The position numbers and the translations under genes are program-made. The notes under the pieces are model-generated. The model had not been told where the DNA came from and ran no database searches. It saw nothing but the letters and a program-made list of their open reading frames with translations. Shown here piece after piece: positions 59,102-64,000 of a stretch of DNA of 64,000 nucleotides (within the stretch, counting starts at the first letter, position 1; each line of letters opens with the position of its first letter). Source of the stretch: Clostridiaceae bacterium (GTDB lineage: Bacteria; Bacillota; Clostridia; Saccharofermentanales; DTU023); contig DUOO01000010.1 in assembly GCA_012838795.1 (NCBI GenBank), forward strand, positions 26,411 to 90,410, written 5' to 3'.

Positions 59102-60109
59102 ATGTTTGAAAACAAGAATTTTTGGGTATATATAGAAACTAAAGAAGATGGATCTGCTAAAAATGGCGGCTTAGAACTTTTAGGACAAGCTCGTGAAATG
59201 GTGGATCAGGTAGATGAAGAAGTTATTGCCTTGATTATTGGTAATAATGTTGATAAAGCAGTAGAGCAAGTCAAAAAATACGGTGCAACATCTGCAATTG
59301 CAGTAACCGGAGATGTATACTCTGAATATAATACGGATGTGTACGCCAATGCAGTAGTAGAAAATGTTAAGGAATATCAACCGAATGTAATTTTAATTTC
59401 AGCTACCAGTTTGGGCAGAGATTTAGGACCGCGTGTAGCGGGTCGTTTAGCAACTGGCTTGACCGCAGATTGTACATCTTTAGGTTTTGAAGTTGATAAA
59501 AAAGAAGTTCAATGGACACGTCCGGCTTTTGGCGGAAATCTCATGGCGACAATCATATGTGCAGACCATAGACCTCAGATGGGAACTGTTCGCCCGGGTG
59601 TATTTGAAAGAAAAGAATACGAAATATCTCCGAACTTTGAAGTTATTACCAAGGATATCGACTTTCCGCAAGAGAAAATTCTTTCTCGTATTGTCGAGGT
59701 AATAGTAGATGAAGATGCAGATAACGTCGATTTGGAAGGTGCAGAAATTATCGTTTCCGGTGGTCGCGGACTCGGAAAACCGGAAAATTTCAAATTAATT
59801 GAAGAATTGGCAGAAGTATTAGGCGGAACAGTAGGTTCTTCGCGTGCAGCCGTTGACGCAGGATGGATTTCTCATGCTCATCAAGTAGGACAAACGGGAA
59901 AAACGGTAGGCCCGAAATTATATATTGCATGCGGTATTTCCGGTCAGATTCAACATCTGGCAGGGATGTCCGGATCGGATGTTATCATTGCTATCAATAA
60001 AGATGAGAATGCACCGATTTTCACAGTTGCGGATTACGGAATTGTAGGCGATTTGTTCACTGTTGTACCGAAATTGACAGAAAGAATTAAGAAGAAGAAA
60101 AATCTATAG
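59102..60109 (+). CDS. etfA: Electron transfer flavoprotein alpha subunit
   Basis: C-terminal FAD-binding region SGGRG..SRAAVDAGW..QVGQTGK.V.PKLYIA.GISG.IQH. No N-terminal ferredoxin domain. Confidence 0.9.
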   Translation: MFENKNFWVYIETKEDGSAKNGGLELLGQAREMVDQVDEEVIALIIGNNVDKAVEQVKKYGATSAIAVTGDVYSEYNTDVYANAVVENVKEYQPNVILISATSLGRDLGPRVAGRLATGLTADCTSLGFEVDKKEVQWTRPAFGGNLMATIICADHRPQMGTVRPGVFERKEYEISPNFEVITKDIDFPQEKILSRIVEVIVDEDADNVDLEGAEIIVSGGRGLGKPENFKLIEELAEVLGGTVGSSRAAVDAGWISHAHQVGQTGKTVGPKLYIACGISGQIQHLAGMSGSDVIIAINKDENAPIFTVADYGIVGDLFTVVPKLTERIKKKKNL

Positions 60110-60219
60110 TATCCTAATACAAGATATTTATCCGGTTTGTTCAAGTTTTCTTAAACAAGAATCAGAAAGATAGACAAATAAAAGATAAATAATAGCTCAT
60201 TATAATTATTTAAGTATCC

Positions 60220-60253
60220 AGAGCTGCTATTTATAAGGAATAGCGGCTCTTTT
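60220..60253 (+). terminator. Rho-independent terminator after etfA
   Basis: 12-bp stem agagcugcuauu / aauagcggcucu with one G-U pair, 7-nt loop, then TTT. Confidence 0.65.
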
Positions 60254-60329
60254 ACTTTGTTTAATGGGAATATAATATTTTTTGATATACTATGACAAAA
60301 CTATCTTTTTGATTGTTGTTAAGTACGAA

Positions 60330-60863
60330 TTACTTGTTTTTGAATTTTTCATAATGTCGACCGAGTGCATTAAGTGGCGGACACCAATTAATAAATAATG
60401 ATACACAAAGTCCTATTGTCATATTAATAAATCTGTCTGCTACATATATAAGAGGATCACTAATCCCTGATGAAGATAAACATGTAAGCATATAATAGAT
60501 TAGACCTATTGCTATACCGTCAGATAATTTCAATAAATTGAAAATTATCATCAAAGGTATTGTAAAAAGAGAGAATAAAATAACATAAAGTAAAGATAAG
60601 CTTTCAACATTTAATACACCGACAAAAAGATAGTAAAATATAATTGAATATATACCACTGATGACGATTCCCAAAATACGAAGTTTTCCGCGTGAGTAGG
60701 AACTATCCATATTAATTTGCATTACCAAAATAGCTGATATACCTGAAGTAACCATATTAGGAGAATCTCGCAAAATATCTATGGTGATACAAATAAATAT
60801 AGCCAATGTTGTTTTCAACATTCGCATCCCGGGTAGAAAATGACGTATTTTATTTTTTTGCAT
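60330..60863 (-). CDS. ArAE/FUSC (UPF0421)-like membrane protein, membrane domain only (177 aa)
   Basis: The R.LKTTLAIFICI N-terminus and the C-terminal R..N..IG...S..IN...PP pattern resemble aromatic-acid-exporter-family proteins. Roughly half the usual length. Confidence 0.5.
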   Translation of the reverse strand: MQKNKIRHFLPGMRMLKTTLAIFICITIDILRDSPNMVTSGISAILVMQINMDSSYSRGKLRILGIVISGIYSIIFYYLFVGVLNVESLSLLYVILFSLFTIPLMIIFNLLKLSDGIAIGLIYYMLTCLSSSGISDPLIYVADRFINMTIGLCVSLFINWCPPLNALGRHYEKFKNK

Positions 60864-60966
60864 TGTTAATTAATTTTCTATGTACTTTGTAAATTTTGTG
60901 CATAATAAATCAGATATGCCGGCAGCAAATCTTTGGCCGGCAACTGTATGAGATCAAATTAAAACT

Positions 60967-60997
60967 GCCAAACAATTACCGCCGGTAATTGTTTGGC
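60967..60997 (-). terminator. Rho-independent terminator after the MFS gene (minus strand)
   Basis: Perfect 14-bp stem gccaaacaattacc / ggtaattgtttggc with a 3-nt loop. On the minus strand it is followed by aGTTTTaattt. Confidence 0.75.
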
Positions 60998-61029
60998 GTT
61001 CTAAAACTGTTCTTGACAGCTGATTATTA

Positions 61030-62337
61030 CTAATCTGCTGCAGCTTCTTTTGCTGCCACAACTTTTTTGTGTTTGACAACGATTTTTTCGCCTAATATCG
61101 CAACTACAATACCGACAGCTGCCGTAATAAGCAAGAAGGTAAATATTCTCTTATAAGCAACCAACTGATCCAGATTGTCTAACCAATTTCCAAATAAGGT
61201 ATGGATAAAAGTATCCGGCAAATAACCTAATAAGGAAGCTGCACCGACAACACTGCCTACCATCATTTTCGGCGTTCCGGCTTCATCGATGATCGCCCAA
61301 TAAAGGGAGCGATTTCCGTAGCTGGCAAAACTGATTACTACCATAATTACCATCATTAAAATCAATGTTGAATTGGAAGGCGCAACTCCGACAAGAGCTA
61401 ATGAACCTAATAAAGCGATAACACATCCGACAATCAACATGAATGTAGAGCGTTTCATTTTAGTTGAGGCAATCCCGAAGACAGCAGATGCTGCCAGCCG
61501 GCTACCTTGAGCTCTGATTGCCTGGAACGTTCCTGTCGCAACTACAGTAAGTCCTGCGAAAGCTTGGAGATACGGGGCGTAATATGCTGCGACAGCATTC
61601 GCTGTAGAAGAAACGAAGATCATTACAATTAATACCCAAGTAATTGGCAACTTAAATGTACCGAGTATAGCTCTGATACTTTCTCTCATATTAGTATTCG
61701 ATACACCTTCGGCCTCCATTTTGGGGAAGAGGAACTGCATCAATATACCGACAAGAATCATGATAATTGATACAACAATTACCAGGAATGTGATTCCCTT
61801 AATATTACCTTCAGTTGTATCTACTATTTTTTTGGCGAAATAAGAGAAAGCTGCGATCCATACAGCGTTCAAAGCAAGTGTTACTATACCGCGACCGCCC
61901 TCTAAGGCACTATACATACCGCCTTGCTCGTCTGAACCGGCAATTAAGTTAACGACCTTGATTGATGCTGACCAATAGGTCAAAACGGTAGTAAAGGCCC
62001 ATAAAGCATGAATAATCAGTATTACCGTATAGCCCGGCCATGTGGCTAACCAAAGACCTAATGCACCGCTGGAAATCATTGAAAAGACTAACAGCTTTTT
62101 CGGGCTGAATCTATCTGCAATAATTCCGCCCGGCAAGTAGAATATTACGTTAAATAGTCCGTAAATTGACATTGTGTTCCCAAATTTTTCAGCTTCACCT
62201 ACCAAACCCATGGCTTGTTGCAAAGGTTCGAAAAAGGTGTATCTGATATAAGGCAGAACATAAATGGTTTCAAGCGAAAGAATCATCAGTATAAGAACAA
62301 TAAATTGATTCTTTCTTGATGTTTTTGATTTTGACAT
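61030..62337 (-). CDS. MFS transporter (12 TM)
   Basis: 435-aa polytopic protein. The D-R-x-x-x-K loop (IADRFSPKKLL) after TM2 is typical of the MFS. GAGGAGG RBS. Confidence 0.8.
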   Translation of the reverse strand: MSKSKTSRKNQFIVLILMILSLETIYVLPYIRYTFFEPLQQAMGLVGEAEKFGNTMSIYGLFNVIFYLPGGIIADRFSPKKLLVFSMISSGALGLWLATWPGYTVILIIHALWAFTTVLTYWSASIKVVNLIAGSDEQGGMYSALEGGRGIVTLALNAVWIAAFSYFAKKIVDTTEGNIKGITFLVIVVSIIMILVGILMQFLFPKMEAEGVSNTNMRESIRAILGTFKLPITWVLIVMIFVSSTANAVAAYYAPYLQAFAGLTVVATGTFQAIRAQGSRLAASAVFGIASTKMKRSTFMLIVGCVIALLGSLALVGVAPSNSTLILMMVIMVVISFASYGNRSLYWAIIDEAGTPKMMVGSVVGAASLLGYLPDTFIHTLFGNWLDNLDQLVAYKRIFTFLLITAAVGIVVAILGEKIVVKHKKVVAAKEAAAD

Positions 62338-62383
62338 ATTTACCTCCTCATATCATTCCTATTTTCATTAATATTTAATTAAT

Positions 62384-62426
62384 AACTGATACAATTATTT
62401 TATTTGGATTGATAATTGTATCAGTT
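62384..62426 (-). promoter_or_regulatory. Perfect 15-bp stem-loop between the CaiA-like gene and the MFS gene
   Basis: aactgatacaattat (62384-62398) and ataattgtatcagtt (62412-62426), with a 13-nt loop. Confidence 0.7.
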
Positions 62427-62443
62427 TAGGATATGCAATTTAT

Positions 62444-63583
62444 TTATTCATATTGTCTAAGTATTTGTTTAGTAGCAATTAATGTTTGAATTTCACCTGT
62501 TCCGCCGGAAATACGTGTGATTCTCAAGTCGCGATAAATCCTGCTTACACGACTGCCGCAGTAACCGATGCCGGCCAAAACTTGCATTGCATGATCAACC
62601 ACTTCATTTGCGGCTTCTGAGCAATACTGTTTTGCTAAAGAGGCTTCTTCACGTTTCAGAATACCTTGATCTTTATTCCAGGCGAAATGCAAGCAAAGAT
62701 CTCTCATGGTATAAATCCGCATTGCCATCTGCATGATATGGTTTCTGATCAGTTGTCTGCTTGTAATGGGTCTGCCTTGAACAAGCCTTTGATTGGCATA
62801 CCTGCAGGCATCTTCATAGGCACATAAAGCTTGACCATATGCATTGAAAGCATCAACCAGTCGTTCGTAATCCAGAGCACTGGAAGCAGCCGTTAAACCA
62901 TTTCCGATACCGCCGAAAATAGCAGCCTCGCTTACGACAACATCATCAAACCAAACATCGCATACATCTTCCATGTTCAGACCCATTTTTTCCATGGGTT
63001 CGACTCTGGCACCTTCTACTTTCGTAGGAACGAAAAACAAAGTTAATTCTTCGGGATTCTCTGAATTCTTTGCTAAAGTCATACAATAGTCGCTGTTTGT
63101 TGCCCCGGAAATAAAGTGCTTATGTCCGTTAATGGAGTAATTTCCGTCCTCTTTTAGCGTATATGTTGTTTGAATTGAATTGGAAGATAAGTCAGTTCCG
63201 GCACTTGGCTCAGAATAGCCTTGTGAAAAAGCCGATTTGCCTTCAAGGAATAAAGGCATAAACTTGTCAATTTGCTCCTGGGTTCCGTCAGTTTGCAGGT
63301 CGTCTACTTTTACATGTTCCCAGAACAGGTAGATAGGTGCACCAAGACGTCCCATCTCTTCCATGGCTAAAAACATGGATACTGCTCCCTCTCCGTCTCC
63401 GCCGTATTCTTCCGGAATGAACATACTATGTAAGCCTAAGTCAGAAATGATATCCCACCATTTTTGGGGGAACTCATGATTTCTGTCACATTCCAGAAAA
63501 TATGGTTCCAGATTTTCACGTGTCATTGCATCTCTGATAGCTTCGACCATTAGCTCTTGTTCTTCTGAAATTCTAAAATCCAT
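62444..63583 (-). CDS. CaiA-like acyl-CoA dehydrogenase (crotonobetainyl-CoA reductase / BbuA-type candidate)
   Basis: MDFRISEEQELMVEAIRD, GTQEQIDKF, AYGQALCAYEDACRYANQR and RDLRITRISGGTGEIQ parallel E. coli CaiA (MDFNLNDEQELFVAGIRE, GTQEQIDK, NYGTAMCAFEDAARYANQR, RDLRVDRVSGGSDEMQ) as I recall it. GAGGAGG RBS. Confidence 0.8.
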   Translation of the reverse strand: MDFRISEEQELMVEAIRDAMTRENLEPYFLECDRNHEFPQKWWDIISDLGLHSMFIPEEYGGDGEGAVSMFLAMEEMGRLGAPIYLFWEHVKVDDLQTDGTQEQIDKFMPLFLEGKSAFSQGYSEPSAGTDLSSNSIQTTYTLKEDGNYSINGHKHFISGATNSDYCMTLAKNSENPEELTLFFVPTKVEGARVEPMEKMGLNMEDVCDVWFDDVVVSEAAIFGGIGNGLTAASSALDYERLVDAFNAYGQALCAYEDACRYANQRLVQGRPITSRQLIRNHIMQMAMRIYTMRDLCLHFAWNKDQGILKREEASLAKQYCSEAANEVVDHAMQVLAGIGYCGSRVSRIYRDLRITRISGGTGEIQTLIATKQILRQYE

Positions 63584-63661
63584 AACTCCTCCTCTAAAAT
63601 AATATCTTATTTATTAAAAATGATTGCCAGGTTCCATTTTAGCTAAACTAATCCCGAGCAA

Positions 63662-63689
63662 CTTATAAAACATTCTAACGTTTTATAAG
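63662..63689. promoter_or_regulatory. 10-bp perfect inverted repeat upstream of the CaiA-like gene (operator candidate)
   Basis: cttataaaac (63662-63671), 8-nt spacer, gttttataag (63680-63689). Lies ~80-105 nt upstream of the start codon at 63583. Confidence 0.4.
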
Positions 63690-64000
63690 TATTCTTGCGC
63701 GATTATTATTGATTAGTTATAATGGCAACCAGCCAACCATAGTAAATATTACGAGTACAGAGTACAGTATCCAAAGCACCATGTACGTTGTTATTTTAAC
63801 ATAAGCTTTTTTGTAAAACAAGAATGAATTGTGATAATTGAACAAGGTGAATGGTGATTTTTAGTAATATTTTCTATGCAAAATATCGATTTTGAAAATA
63901 TAATAACGGTCTGTCTTTTGGAAAAACTTACCCGAAATTATTCAAAGAAGACGACTGTTGTGGTAGAATTATATAAGATATTTACGCACTCAAAGCAAAA

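Overview
Chromosomal segment of a low-GC anaerobic Firmicute, probably Clostridia-like. Supporting signs are a T-box leader, a Cheo-type LexA box, remA, a HemZ-like gene, PPDK, class III RNR and Bcd/EtfBA. Most of the window is plus-strand housekeeping: rplM-rpsI, tsaE-tsaB, HPr-like-uvrC, yicC-remA-gmk-rpoZ, glyQS, ppdK, nrdDG (B12 riboswitch plus NrdR-like boxes), hemZ-like, ldh, pepA, two Y-family polymerases, T-box ileS, queT, birA-bioY and an OpuC-type ABC transporter. Two accessory regions stand out. (i) At ~2.6-11.3 kb lies an adhesin island. It encodes a 2083-aa wall protein with a candidate thioester domain, ~11 Cna-B/SpaA-type domains and 2 Thr-Gln-ester (VaFE) domains. The protein has no LPXTG but carries a KPVTN tail, and it is followed by a DUF2958-like gene and a divergent class-B sortase. 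(ii) At ~48.4-63.6 kb an OpuC transporter and PatB precede a cai/bbu-like acyl-CoA locus: a Bcd-like ACAD, two CaiB-type CoA-transferases, a CaiD-like crotonase and EtfBA, with an MFS transporter and a CaiA-like ACAD (IVD-type catalytic-base position) converging on them. This locus is my best candidate for an undescribed Gram-positive carnitine/gamma-butyrobetaine pathway. Other observations are a 92-bp tandem repeat family at two loci, a second ~60-nt dispersed intergenic element, a terminator-containing ppdK leader, and paralogues with altered key residues (HPr-like with Glu at position 15, IspF-like with Asn at a Zn-ligand position). All calls come from reading translated motifs and nucleotide patterns by eye. 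No database search or alignment program was run.
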